A stretch of DNA of 64,000 nucleotides, taken from contig OZ245003.1 in assembly GCA_965223425.1 (NCBI GenBank), forward strand, positions 2,144,001 through 2,208,000, written 5' to 3'. The position numbers and the translations under genes are program-made. Positions 8,428 to 18,074 of this stretch are shown in pieces. Within the stretch, counting starts at the first letter, position 1. Each line of letters begins with the position of its first letter. The notes beneath the pieces are model-generated. The model was given only the letters and a program-made list of their open reading frames with translations. It was not told the DNA's origin and did no database searches. This DNA is from Nitrosopumilus sp. GTDB lineage: Archaea > Thermoproteota > Nitrososphaeria > Nitrososphaerales > Nitrosopumilaceae.

Positions 8428-10161
8428 CTACCAGTACTTTGCCTTTACAGTCTCAATTACCTGTTCGTGTTCCTTGCTCTTTTTGCGTGCATATCTTTCC
8501 ATGGCACCAAGTGGAACGCCACCAAGAGATCTGGCGATCGCATTAAAGAAGTATCTTCGTGGGCCTTTTGAGCCTGTTCTAGTCATGAATTTTTGGATAC
8601 CATACTTGAAGTTGTGTTGCCATGTCTTGTAAAGAACACCTAGTTGAGCAGGTGTCATTTCACTTCCAATGTTGAAAAAGTCAGATTTTTCTAGCAATCC
8701 AATTGGAACAAATGTAAGTGCAGTAGCAGTGAACATTGACTCAGGTTGTTCACGTTCTAATTCGTTGATTAAGCGTATAGTTTCCCATGAATCTTCAGGA
8801 GTTTCATCGTTATCAAGACCCATGATTAGTGTGAATGCAGGAATCCAATAATTTTCGTTCAGTGCTTTTACACCCTCTTTTACAACCCAATGCCATTCAT
8901 CAGGAGAATAAGGTGCAAGTTTTCTGTCTGCATATTTACCAATTAATCTCAAACTTCCAGTCTCAAATCCGGCTTGCACGCCAATCATATTATCAGGACT
9001 GGCCCCGATGATTCTAGACAGATTTGGAAGAAGTTTTTCATCAGCTATTGCACCGGCCAGTGTTCCATGTGTAGGGTTTGTATGTTCTACGCCAGTTGAC
9101 ATGATTGCAGTAAACAATTCTTCAAGCGCTTCTCTGTTTGGTTCCATTCCTTTTGCAGTTCTTGGATCCATGCCATAAACGAAAATATCGTCACTGTGAA
9201 TCCATGCAGATTTTGAACCGCCTTTCTTCATGTTAACTTCAATTTCTTTTTTGACTTTTTCTGGCGGGTAATATCTCAATGATCTTAATGTAACGTCACA
9301 GAATTTGCATCCCCTACCACATCCACGCATTACCTCGACCATTCCATGCATGCTTGGTTCAACAATGTCAGGAATTTCTTCCAAATCAGGTCTATCCCAA
9401 AAATTTACAAATCTTCCATGGATTTTTTTGCCGTTTCTTTCAAATTCTTTAATGTTAACTTTAAAGTCGCTTCTCTTTCTAAAGGGATCCATGTTTTCAA
9501 AGTCGCCGTTAATTAAATAATTAAAGAATCTTCCAGCATGCCCATCAATCTCTGGAGCAATACCGCCAAGCTCTCCTTCCAGTATTGCATAGATTCCAAG
9601 TTCTTCTATTTTTTCAGGATCATAGTTGTACTGCCAGGTTCCAGATGCGCCAGAAATTACTTTTGCTTTACTTCCGGTCTTTGCTTTAGCAGCTTTAATT
9701 CTACTATGTAATTCAGTATTGTAAAATTCATCATAGGACATTTGCTTTCTGCCGTAAGTGAATGTCATAGTAACTGGGCCCATTCCAAGAGGATCCATTT
9801 CATAGGTTCCAACAACTTGTGTTTCAGGTCCGATGAATTGTTCTATATGATCAGGATGAGCAACGACAACATCCTGTCTACTGAATCCATCTCGTAACAG
9901 ACCAGCTTCTAATTTTCTCAAGCCGTATGGCGCATAATTTGCAACACCATTTGTGTGAGGAATATAATTACAAATAAAATCAAACAAAATCTTTGGAGTA
10001 ACCTGTTTGCCAAGAATCTTGTACAAAAAACTGCTTTTATTCCTATTAGGATCAATAGCTGGCGCACATCCAAAAAATGTAGCAAGAGACAATCCCCTGT
10101 ACGGAGACATCAAGGTACGATCAGCGGTCAGAACAATTTTTGGCATTCCCATATCCTTCAT
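8428..10161 (-). CDS. B12-binding radical SAM protein, probable GDGT ring synthase (Grs-like)
   Basis: RGCGRGCKFC motif; LTADRTLMS and APYGLRKLEA N-terminal motifs; Grs assignment from recall only. Confidence 0.65.
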   Translation of the reverse strand: MKDMGMPKIVLTADRTLMSPYRGLSLATFFGCAPAIDPNRNKSSFLYKILGKQVTPKILFDFICNYIPHTNGVANYAPYGLRKLEAGLLRDGFSRQDVVVAHPDHIEQFIGPETQVVGTYEMDPLGMGPVTMTFTYGRKQMSYDEFYNTELHSRIKAAKAKTGSKAKVISGASGTWQYNYDPEKIEELGIYAILEGELGGIAPEIDGHAGRFFNYLINGDFENMDPFRKRSDFKVNIKEFERNGKKIHGRFVNFWDRPDLEEIPDIVEPSMHGMVEVMRGCGRGCKFCDVTLRSLRYYPPEKVKKEIEVNMKKGGSKSAWIHSDDIFVYGMDPRTAKGMEPNREALEELFTAIMSTGVEHTNPTHGTLAGAIADEKLLPNLSRIIGASPDNMIGVQAGFETGSLRLIGKYADRKLAPYSPDEWHWVVKEGVKALNENYWIPAFTLIMGLDNDETPEDSWETIRLINELEREQPESMFTATALTFVPIGLLEKSDFFNIGSEMTPAQLGVLYKTWQHNFKYGIQKFMTRTGSKGPRRYFFNAIARSLGGVPLGAMERYARKKSKEHEQVIETVKAKYW

Positions 10162-10202
10162 GAAAATAATTTTTTAATTTATTTTAAACCTTGCTAGTAA
10201 GA

Positions 10203-11015
10203 CTAGTAGTTTTCTAAGATTCCAGCCTTGTTCCTGCGAGAATGGCCAAATTCCTTGTTTGAAGATAGATGCTGGCCGTCAAATACGGTTCCATCCCTAC
10301 AAACAAGATCCTCGCCCACACAGCAGCTGCCACAAATACCAACTCCACACTTCATCATTCGCTCAAGACTGGCTTGGACAAATATTCCCCTAGAATGAGC
10401 TGACTGGACCGTTTTGTACATCATAATTTCAGGTCCGCAGACGTATACTGCGTCAAAACTGGTTTCACTGACAAGCTTTTCGACTAAATCAGTCACAAAT
10501 CCTTTTTCGCCATAACTACCATCGTCAGTTGAAACAATTACCTTATGGGAACCGTTTTCCAGAAGGTTGTTACTCAAATCTTCAAAAAAGACCTCATCTT
10601 TTGATTTTGCGCCAATTAGAACAGTAACATCATCTGTAGGTTTTACAAAAGTAAGCAGTCGCATCATTGGAACAAGACCGGTTCCACCACCAACAAGCAA
10701 GAGTTTGCCTTCCCTGACATCAAAAGAATTGCCATATGGGCCCCGAATTCCAATTTGTTCTCCTGCCTTAATATTGAACAGTCCAGTTGAAGCAGGCCCA
10801 TGCTTTCTTACCGTAAAGGCAGCCTTTCCAGATTCATTTGAAATCATAACGCTCATTGGCAATTCGTTTATCCCAGGAATCCAAACCATTGCAAATTGTC
10901 CAGGAAGAACATTGGACATTATTTCATTTGAAAAGACCAAGGTTCGAACAGTAGGCGTTTCATCAATTACTTTTTCAATTGTAACAACTGTTGGATGGTT
11001 AGGATTTTTTTGCAA
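10203..11015 (-). CDS. pyrK: Dihydroorotate dehydrogenase electron transfer subunit
   Basis: GPYGNSF, GGGTG, MKCGVGICGSC. Confidence 0.93.
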   Translation of the reverse strand: MQKNPNHPTVVTIEKVIDETPTVRTLVFSNEIMSNVLPGQFAMVWIPGINELPMSVMISNESGKAAFTVRKHGPASTGLFNIKAGEQIGIRGPYGNSFDVREGKLLLVGGGTGLVPMMRLLTFVKPTDDVTVLIGAKSKDEVFFEDLSNNLLENGSHKVIVSTDDGSYGEKGFVTDLVEKLVSETSFDAVYVCGPEIMMYKTVQSAHSRGIFVQASLERMMKCGVGICGSCCVGEDLVCRDGTVFDGQHLSSNKEFGHSRRNKAGILENY

Positions 11016-11910
11016 GACCTATCATATCCTCTATTTTTGAAAAATTATTTCTTTTCATATATGAAATTATTCCATTGTTAATATCGTCAAACACCTCAAG
11101 CCAATTATCACCCACTGCACTACCAATTTGTACCGCAGATGCGCCTGCTAAGAAAAATTCAACTGCGTCTTCCCAAGTAGATATACCACCGCAACCAATT
11201 ATTGGAATGTCATGTTTAGAAGAGATCTCATAAACACATCTGAGTGCAATTGGTTTAATCGGAGTGCCAGACAATCCACCAAATTTGTTACTTAGAATTG
11301 GACGCTTTGTTTCAACATCGACTGCCATTGCTCGAACAGTGTTGATGGCAGTAATTGCATCAGTTCCAGAATCCATTGCTGCCCTTACAGTGTTCAGATA
11401 ATGAGTGGTGCCCAAACCGACTTTAGCAATTACTGGAACATCCGCGGAGTTTTTAACCGTAGATACAATTTTTTTTACCAATTCAGGATCATCGCCGACT
11501 TCTAAACCAACTTTAGCTACATGGGGACATGAAAGATTCAGCTCATACGCAGTTACTTTGCAATTTTCAAATTGTTTTATCATAAATTCAAAATCTTCAG
11601 GAGCTGAACCCACCAGACTCACTATAATTGGAACATCTTGGTTTGGTTGAATCATTTTGGCAAAATTTGGAGCGCCAGGATTCGATAACCCTACTGCATT
11701 GATCCAACCGTCACCCTTTACGCTAAAGATAGTTGGATTTGGATAACCCTCCCAAGGTTCCCTGCTAAGGGATTTTGTCACGACAGCCCCTGCTCCAGAG
11801 CGATATAGTCGATTAAAGACATCCAATGAAATTCCCAGTATTCCTGATGCCAGCATTACAGGTCTGTCTAAGTGAATTTGACCTATCGAAGTTGAAAGAC
11901 TGGATTCCAC
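10999..11910 (-). CDS. pyrD: Dihydroorotate dehydrogenase, catalytic subunit
   Basis: NAVGLSNPG, ELNLSCPH, GGLSG. Confidence 0.95.
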   Translation of the reverse strand: MESSLSTSIGQIHLDRPVMLASGILGISLDVFNRLYRSGAGAVVTKSLSREPWEGYPNPTIFSVKGDGWINAVGLSNPGAPNFAKMIQPNQDVPIIVSLVGSAPEDFEFMIKQFENCKVTAYELNLSCPHVAKVGLEVGDDPELVKKIVSTVKNSADVPVIAKVGLGTTHYLNTVRAAMDSGTDAITAINTVRAMAVDVETKRPILSNKFGGLSGTPIKPIALRCVYEISSKHDIPIIGCGGISTWEDAVEFFLAGASAVQIGSAVGDNWLEVFDDINNGIISYMKRNNFSKIEDMIGLAKKS

Positions 11911-11996
11911 TTTGATTAATGAATCTTAGTTTCGAATATAACAGTTGATTCATAATTCTGGTACCTTTTTTAAAGGTGATTTAGATTGAACTAGTC

Positions 11997-13250
11997 ATGT
12001 ATTCTGTAATTTTAACAGAATTGGGGATCTCAGTTTTCAATGATGAAAAACTTGAAAAAGCATTTTCTTTCTCAAATTATGTTAAAGAGTACCTTTTAGT
12101 AAAAAATAAAGAATCAAAACTAAATGAACTGATAAACTATCTGGCTTCAATCCAGATAGTGGTTTCTGTTAGTGATGAATCGCTATTGGCAATTTTGAAA
12201 AAAAATTCGATTGATTGTCAGCTCATGGAATCTAAAGAATTAGAAACAATACAAGCAACAAAGCCACAAATAATTGTTGATTCAGGTTTTGCCTCTAATC
12301 CACAAGACGCGTTAGGAAAACTAAGAGAGTTTGCTTTGGGACTATCATCCTCAAAAGTTACTGAGGCATCAGAAAGTCCAGATCTTCACATTATTCAAGC
12401 AATTAATTCACTAGATGAAATTGACAAGATAGCAAATGCACTGAGTTCAAGACTAAGGGAATGGTATGGTTTGCACTTTCCAGAATTGGATAATGTAATT
12501 GACAGTATCAATGGATATGCACAAATTGTATTAGCAGGAAAACGTGAATCGTTAACAAAACAAGTTTTTGAGGACGCAGGTTTTCCAGAATCAAAAGTTG
12601 AGATGCTGTCTTTAATCTCATCAAACAGCAGAGGCGGCGATATATCTGATGCTAACTTGGCAATAGTGCAATCAATTGCAAAACAAATTCTGGACTTTCA
12701 CGATTTACGTAAAAAACTTGAAGACCATGTCGAGTCTGAGATGGGAACGATTGCGCCCAATCTTTCAGCAATACTAGGAACTGCAGTAGGTGCAAGGGTT
12801 TTAGGAAGAGCTGGGAGTCTCAAAAGATTGGCATCGCTCCCTGCAAGTACAATACAGGTTTTAGGTGCTGAAAAAGCATTGTTTAGATCATTAAAGACTG
12901 GTTCTCAACCACCAAAACATGGATTGCTATTCCAGCACGCAATGGTCCATGCAGCACCAAGATGGCAAAGAGGAAAAATTGCACGTGCAATTGCTGCAAA
13001 AGCAGTCATTGCTGCAAGGGTGGATGTCTATGGAGAAGGATTAAACGAAACTTTACTTGAAAAACTCAACATCAGAGTAGGTGAAATAGGCAAGAAATAT
13101 GAAAATCCAACTGAAAAAGACATCAGGAAACCCCAATCATTCAAACGGGATGGTGGAAACTTCAGAGATAGAAGGAGGGAAGGTGGAAGATATAAAGAAA
13201 GATCAAACTCGAACAAAAATAAAAAGAGAAAAAAGTTTGGAAGAAGATAA
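11997..13250 (+). CDS. nop5: C/D box sRNP protein Nop5 (Nop56/58)
   Basis: REWYGLHFPEL, PASTIQVLGAEKALF. Confidence 0.95.
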   Translation: MYSVILTELGISVFNDEKLEKAFSFSNYVKEYLLVKNKESKLNELINYLASIQIVVSVSDESLLAILKKNSIDCQLMESKELETIQATKPQIIVDSGFASNPQDALGKLREFALGLSSSKVTEASESPDLHIIQAINSLDEIDKIANALSSRLREWYGLHFPELDNVIDSINGYAQIVLAGKRESLTKQVFEDAGFPESKVEMLSLISSNSRGGDISDANLAIVQSIAKQILDFHDLRKKLEDHVESEMGTIAPNLSAILGTAVGARVLGRAGSLKRLASLPASTIQVLGAEKALFRSLKTGSQPPKHGLLFQHAMVHAAPRWQRGKIARAIAAKAVIAARVDVYGEGLNETLLEKLNIRVGEIGKKYENPTEKDIRKPQSFKRDGGNFRDRRREGGRYKERSNSNKNKKRKKFGRR

Positions 13251-13911
13251 TCAATCGTTTTTTTGGATCAAATCAGAAGGACAGAAAAAACTAGCTACTG
13301 AAAATTTAGTTCCGGGAAACCAAGTGTACAAAGAAAAACTGATCAGCAAAAAAGGAATTGAATACAGGTTATGGGATCCATTTAGAAGTAAATTAGCAGC
13401 AGCCATAATGAATGAACTTGAAGAGTTTCCTTTTGAAAATAAAACCAAAGTTCTCTATCTAGGAGCATCAACGGGAACAACTGTAAGTCATATTTCAGAC
13501 ATTGTTGGTCCAAGTGGGATAGTTTTTGCAGTTGAACATGCAAGCAGAGTTGCAAGGGATTTTTTAGACAGAGTTGCACCATATAGATCAAACATTATTC
13601 CAATTATGCAAGATGCAAGAAAACCAACAGAGTACTTTTCTGTATTTGGAAAAGTTGACGTAGTTTATGTGGATATTGCACAGCCTGATCAAACAAAAAT
13701 TGCAATAAACAACTGCGAAATGTTTCTAAAAAAAGGAGGAATCTTCTTCCTAGTCATTAAGACAAGAAGTATTGATGTTACAAAATCTCCAAAAAAAATT
13801 ATTGAGAAAGAAATAGAAAAACTGAAAATAAATTTTGATGTTTTGCAGTCCATAGATTTACATCCATATGACAAAGATCATGCAATAGTAATTGCAAAAT
13901 ATAGAAATTAG
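13237..13911 (+). CDS. flpA: Fibrillarin rRNA/tRNA 2'-O-methyltransferase
   Basis: YRLWDPFRSKLAA, YLGASTGTT, DIAQPDQ; probable TTG start at 13237. Confidence 0.95.
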   Translation: MEEDNQSFFWIKSEGQKKLATENLVPGNQVYKEKLISKKGIEYRLWDPFRSKLAAAIMNELEEFPFENKTKVLYLGASTGTTVSHISDIVGPSGIVFAVEHASRVARDFLDRVAPYRSNIIPIMQDARKPTEYFSVFGKVDVVYVDIAQPDQTKIAINNCEMFLKKGGIFFLVIKTRSIDVTKSPKKIIEKEIEKLKINFDVLQSIDLHPYDKDHAIVIAKYRN

Positions 13912-14528
13912 CTATCATCCAAAATTCGCCGAATAGGCTTCCAGCTTTTACGCACAAAACTAGGCATAATATGGTTTGTCCTGTAATATTTTGTTACAAA
14001 TTTTACACTTGTCGAATCTGAAGGATATCCGCTTCCCAGATCATGGTTTTTTCGCAATTTTGCAATTGCTCTGTCCCGTGTGACTTTTGCAAGAACAGAC
14101 GCAGCTGAAACTATCACAAATCTACTATCTGCATGGTGATATGATTTAATTTTATGATTGTCAGATAGTTGTGAAATCTTTTTTCCAAATCTTTTAGGAT
14201 TAACATCACAAGAATCAACATATGATGTGTCTGAATTTAGTCTTGAAACAACTTTGGCCATATATTTTGCCTCCAAATCATTTAAACAGTGTTTTTTCAC
14301 ACTAGCATCAATGGATTTTGGGGAAATTTTTGCAATATGATAATCATCGGCAATTTTAATGATTTTTTTATAAAAATACTCACGTGATTTAGGAGAAAGT
14401 TGTTTTGAATCCTTGACTCCTAATGAAGAGAGTTTTCTTAAATTTTTTTTATCCAAGGAGATTCCGGCTATAACTAATGGCCCCAACATAGAACCACGTC
14501 CGGCATCATCAATTCCACAAATTTGCAC
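13908..14528 (-). CDS. rnhB: Ribonuclease HII
   Basis: GIDDAGRG, VKDSK, SAASVLAKV, GSGYPSD; probable GTG start. Confidence 0.95.
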   Translation of the reverse strand: MQICGIDDAGRGSMLGPLVIAGISLDKKNLRKLSSLGVKDSKQLSPKSREYFYKKIIKIADDYHIAKISPKSIDASVKKHCLNDLEAKYMAKVVSRLNSDTSYVDSCDVNPKRFGKKISQLSDNHKIKSYHHADSRFVIVSAASVLAKVTRDRAIAKLRKNHDLGSGYPSDSTSVKFVTKYYRTNHIMPSFVRKSWKPIRRILDDS

Positions 14529-14587
14529 GAATTTTGTCTTAAAGCACAAGTATTAAACCATTATACATTAAAAAAAATAGAAAATAA

Positions 14588-15736
14588 TTGGAAATTCCAA
14601 ATGATACATTTCAAGAAATTATAGAAGGTAAAACAAAATTACTTGTTCCAAAAAAATCAATCACTGAAAAAGTTCCACCAAAAAAACCCGCATTTTTTAA
14701 TCCAAAAGCAAAATTGAATAGAGATCTTTCAATAATTGCATATGCGGCATTTCTGAAAAATTTTCAAGGTCCAAAAATTTTCCTAGAAGGATTATCAGGA
14801 ATTGGTGCAAGGGGATTGCGAGTTGCAAATGAATTAAGAGTGGAAAACGTCGTAATCAATGATCTAAACCCGACTGCCTTAAAAATTGCAGAATATTCAG
14901 CAAGTCTGAATAATTTAAAGAACATTGAATTTTCTGAGAAGGAAGTTTGTAGATTTTTAAGTAATTATTCAAAAAAAGGGGAAAGAGGCTCAATTGTAGA
15001 CATAGATCCCTTTGGTTCTCCTGCAGCATTTTTTGATTGTGGGGTTAGAGCCACCATGCATGGAGGAATTTTTTCAACAGCAGCGACAGATCTTCAGGTG
15101 CTAAACGGACTATTCCAATCAGCATGTAAGAGAAAGTATGGCGGAATTCCTGTAAGGACAAAATATGGAAATGAGATTGCAATCAGGCTGATTCTTGGTT
15201 GTCTCAGAACGGTAACAGCAAGATTGGGGGTAAAAATAATTCCCTTATTTGTTGAAAGCAACATGCATTACTATAGAACATATATCAAAATTCAAAATAG
15301 GCCAGATCAGGAAGAAAATGTAGGATACATACTACACTGTAAAAACTGTGGGCATAGAAAAATTACATTAGAACAAGAACAAAATTGTGAACTATGCAAG
15401 TCAAAAATTAGTATTGCAGGGCCATTATGGATTGGAAAAATTTTTGACAGGGAATTTGTTCAAAATATGTTATTAGAAATTCCAAATTTAGAAATAGATA
15501 AAATTTATGAAAAAATACTTGACAAATGTCTAAAAGAATCAGAAATGCCTGGAACATATTTTACGCTAGATGAAATTGCATCAAAAATAAAATCATCTCC
15601 CCCCAAATTAGAGAATCTAATAACAAACTTACAAAAAAATAATTTTGTAGCAAGTGTTACGTCATTTAATCCGACAGGGTTTAGAACAAATGCAAAAATA
15701 AACGAGATGGAAGAAATATTTCAGACTAGCCAATAA
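14588..15736 (+). CDS. trm1: tRNA (guanine26-N2)-dimethyltransferase
   Basis: FFNP...NRD, DIDPFGSP, GPLWIG. Confidence 0.93.
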   Translation: MEIPNDTFQEIIEGKTKLLVPKKSITEKVPPKKPAFFNPKAKLNRDLSIIAYAAFLKNFQGPKIFLEGLSGIGARGLRVANELRVENVVINDLNPTALKIAEYSASLNNLKNIEFSEKEVCRFLSNYSKKGERGSIVDIDPFGSPAAFFDCGVRATMHGGIFSTAATDLQVLNGLFQSACKRKYGGIPVRTKYGNEIAIRLILGCLRTVTARLGVKIIPLFVESNMHYYRTYIKIQNRPDQEENVGYILHCKNCGHRKITLEQEQNCELCKSKISIAGPLWIGKIFDREFVQNMLLEIPNLEIDKIYEKILDKCLKESEMPGTYFTLDEIASKIKSSPPKLENLITNLQKNNFVASVTSFNPTGFRTNAKINEMEEIFQTSQ

Positions 15737-16319
15737 AACCTAGACAAACATAGTATAACTCACTACTTTGTTTTCTACTTGCTTTAGGTTTTGTAAGATT
15801 TATTCGAGAAAATTTTTTCTTGACATAGTCCTTAAACTCCATTGAATATTCTCCATCAAAGACTTTGAAGACAGCGTTTCCTTTGTGTGCTAAAACTTTG
15901 TCCATGATTTTTGTACAATCATAATTAAGAGAAATTTGTTTAGCATGGTCAACAGACCAATTTCCACTAACCTTAGGCGATAAATCACAAATTACGGCAT
16001 TTACTTTACGCTCAAAATAGGACATTATTTCATCAATCACGTGCTCATCCTCAATATTTTCTCTAAGAATGTAGGCTCCAGGAATCTCTTCAACATATGA
16101 CAAATCAATTCCCATAACTTTGCCTTGATTTCCAGCAAGTTTTACAGCCATCTGAGTCCAACCACCGGGAGCGCATCCTAAATCTATAACACTGAATCCC
16201 GGACCAATTATACGATAAGATTGGTTTAGTTCTTTTAGTTTGTATGCAGCCCTACTTCTATAACCTTGCTCATGAGCTAATTTTCTATAGTGATCTTTAC
16301 GAGCATCTAACAGTTTCAT
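15726..16319 (-). CDS. rlmE: 23S rRNA methyltransferase RlmE/FtsJ
   Basis: YRSRAAYKL, DLGCAPGGW, ASRKQSSE. Confidence 0.93.
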   Translation of the reverse strand: MKLLDARKDHYRKLAHEQGYRSRAAYKLKELNQSYRIIGPGFSVIDLGCAPGGWTQMAVKLAGNQGKVMGIDLSYVEEIPGAYILRENIEDEHVIDEIMSYFERKVNAVICDLSPKVSGNWSVDHAKQISLNYDCTKIMDKVLAHKGNAVFKVFDGEYSMEFKDYVKKKFSRINLTKPKASRKQSSELYYVCLGFIG

Positions 16320-17455
16320 TTTGAAGGTTTTTTCATTTCAGCAATCACCCAATCTTCAATAAATTGACAACTTCTTGGACTAATTTCGCCTTCAAGAGTA
16401 CATTTCTGTTCCACAGGGCAAACCAAGCAAGGAGCATTTTCAATTGATTGAGTACTGATTGGAGTCTTCTTTAAAATTAACTTATAAGTCCAACGGCCTT
16501 TTTCAAGAATCTTTTCTCTAGTAATCGTTCCCATTCTTTCTAATTTTAATGCTAAACGGGAACCATCACGACTTGTAAGTTTAAGTTTTTTCCACAATTC
16601 ACTCTGGAACATTCCATTTGATTCACGTTCTGCCAAAATATCACAGACTTTGTTAGTAAGTCTTTCCATGTCAACTTTTTCAATTTGAAAGTTTTCAATT
16701 TCTTCATCAGAAAGTTGTTCTTCTAATTCTTCTTCAAGTGTTTTTTCAGCCTCCTTTTTGGCTTCTTCTAACTCTTTTTTAGTTAATTTTTTTTCTTTGG
16801 GAGGTTTTGCTTCAGCTTTCTTTGCTTTCTTTGCAGGCTTTGCTTCAGCTTTCTTTGCTTTCTTTGCAGGCTTTGCTTCAGCTTTCTTTGCTTTCTTTGC
16901 AGGCTTTGCTTCAGCTTTCTTTGCAGGCTTTGCTTCAGCTTTCTTTGCAGGCTTTGCTTCAGCTTTCTTTGCAGGCTTTGCTTCAGCTTTCTTTGCAGGC
17001 TTTGCTTCAGCTTTCTTTGCAGGCTTTGCTTCAGCTTTCTTTGCAGGCTTTGCTTCAGCTTTCTTTGCAGGCTTTGCTTCAGCTTTCTTTGCAGGCTTTG
17101 CTTCAGCTTTCTTTGCAGGCTTTGCTTCAGCTTTCTTTGCAGGCTTTGCTTCAGCTTTCTTTGCAGGCTTTGCTTCAGCTTTCTTTGCAGGCTTTGCTTC
17201 AGCTTTCTTTGCAGGCTTTGCTTCAGCTTTCTTTGCTTTCTTTGGAGGTTTTGCTTCAGCTTTCTTTGCTTTCTTTGGAGGTTTTGCTTCAGCTTTCTTT
17301 GCAGGCTTTGCTTCAGCTTTCTTTGGAGGTTTTGCTTCAGCTTTCTTTGGAGGTTTGTCAGAAGAATCTAGAATCTTCTTTTTCTTTTTTAATTCAGCAA
17401 TTTGTGCTTTAATTTTTTCTGCCTCATCAATCAAAGAATCTCTTTTCTTGGCCAT
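16316..17455 (-). CDS. TFEbeta/RPC34-like wHTH Fe-S protein with long Lys/Ala/Pro N-terminal repeat
   Basis: wHTH (FQSELWKKL...LERMGTITREK) and PCLVCP..KC...SPRSC Cys cluster. Confidence 0.75.
   Translation of the reverse strand: MAKKRDSLIDEAEKIKAQIAELKKKKKILDSSDKPPKKAEAKPPKKAEAKPAKKAEAKPPKKAKKAEAKPPKKAKKAEAKPAKKAEAKPAKKAEAKPAKKAEAKPAKKAEAKPAKKAEAKPAKKAEAKPAKKAEAKPAKKAEAKPAKKAEAKPAKKAEAKPAKKAEAKPAKKAEAKPAKKAEAKPAKKAKKAEAKPAKKAKKAEAKPAKKAKKAEAKPPKEKKLTKKELEEAKKEAEKTLEEELEEQLSDEEIENFQIEKVDMERLTNKVCDILAERESNGMFQSELWKKLKLTSRDGSRLALKLERMGTITREKILEKGRWTYKLILKKTPISTQSIENAPCLVCPVEQKCTLEGEISPRSCQFIEDWVIAEMKKPSK
16800..17357. repeat. 24-bp/33-bp tandem array (about 20 units) encoding KKAEAKPA
   Basis: gcaggctttgcttcagctttcttt repeated near-perfectly. 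Confidence 0.97.
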
Positions 17456-17506
17456 TAGATTACCTCATGTTTTAAATTCAATTTCTTATTTTTCAATTAT
17501 CCATTC

Positions 17507-17971
17507 CTATTTAACAGTAAATATCTCGCTAATAGTGAATTTCTGAAGTTTTTTTGAGATCATATCTACAACTATCTTATAAGATCCAGGAGTATCAACT
17601 ACCTCAGAAAACTCACCTTCAACAGGAAGCAGTCTACTTTCCAACAGAAAGCATTGATTAAAGAAGCCATCTTGAGTGATTGCATCGTTTGTACCAACTG
17701 TGTAAATTGTGATATAAAGATCTCCACAATCAAATGAAGAATCATTGATTTTGACTTGAACTTCTACTGGTTCAGATGTGGAGTATTGTTTAGCCAAACC
17801 AATGAATTCAACTGATTCAGAATATGGCAAATCTCCGTCAGAAAAAGACGTTGGCCACATGTTTAATTCTCTATCGGGTTTCTGTAAAATGTCAGCCATT
17901 ACCGCTGAACCAAAAACAAGTGAAAAGATTACAGGTAAAACAAATACAACAAAAACTTTCTTAAATGCCAT
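17507..17971 (-). CDS. Hypothetical exported protein
   Basis: N-terminal hydrophobic signal or anchor. Confidence 0.7.
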   Translation of the reverse strand: MAFKKVFVVFVLPVIFSLVFGSAVMADILQKPDRELNMWPTSFSDGDLPYSESVEFIGLAKQYSTSEPVEVQVKINDSSFDCGDLYITIYTVGTNDAITQDGFFNQCFLLESRLLPVEGEFSEVVDTPGSYKIVVDMISKKLQKFTISEIFTVK

Positions 17972-18074
17972 TTTGTTTTAGATCTATAATTCCCTTATAT
18001 TTATTTAGCAAAATCAGAAAACTTGAGATCAATTTGACGAATGAGTTAAATCGTAGCCGACTAAATATCGCTAG

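Noticed and set aside
13099-13236. N-terminal extensions of fibrillarin (and of top6A, tatD and the YggX-like gene) in the ORF track
   Set aside because: They overlap neighbouring genes or promoters; downstream starts fit family lengths better
16800-17357. CRISPR array
   Set aside because: Contiguous in-frame coding repeats with no unique spacers; no cas genes in the window
16758-17546. Plus-strand ORFs with FAGFASAF / LQALLQLS repeats
   Set aside because: Antisense shadows of the KKAEAKPA repeat
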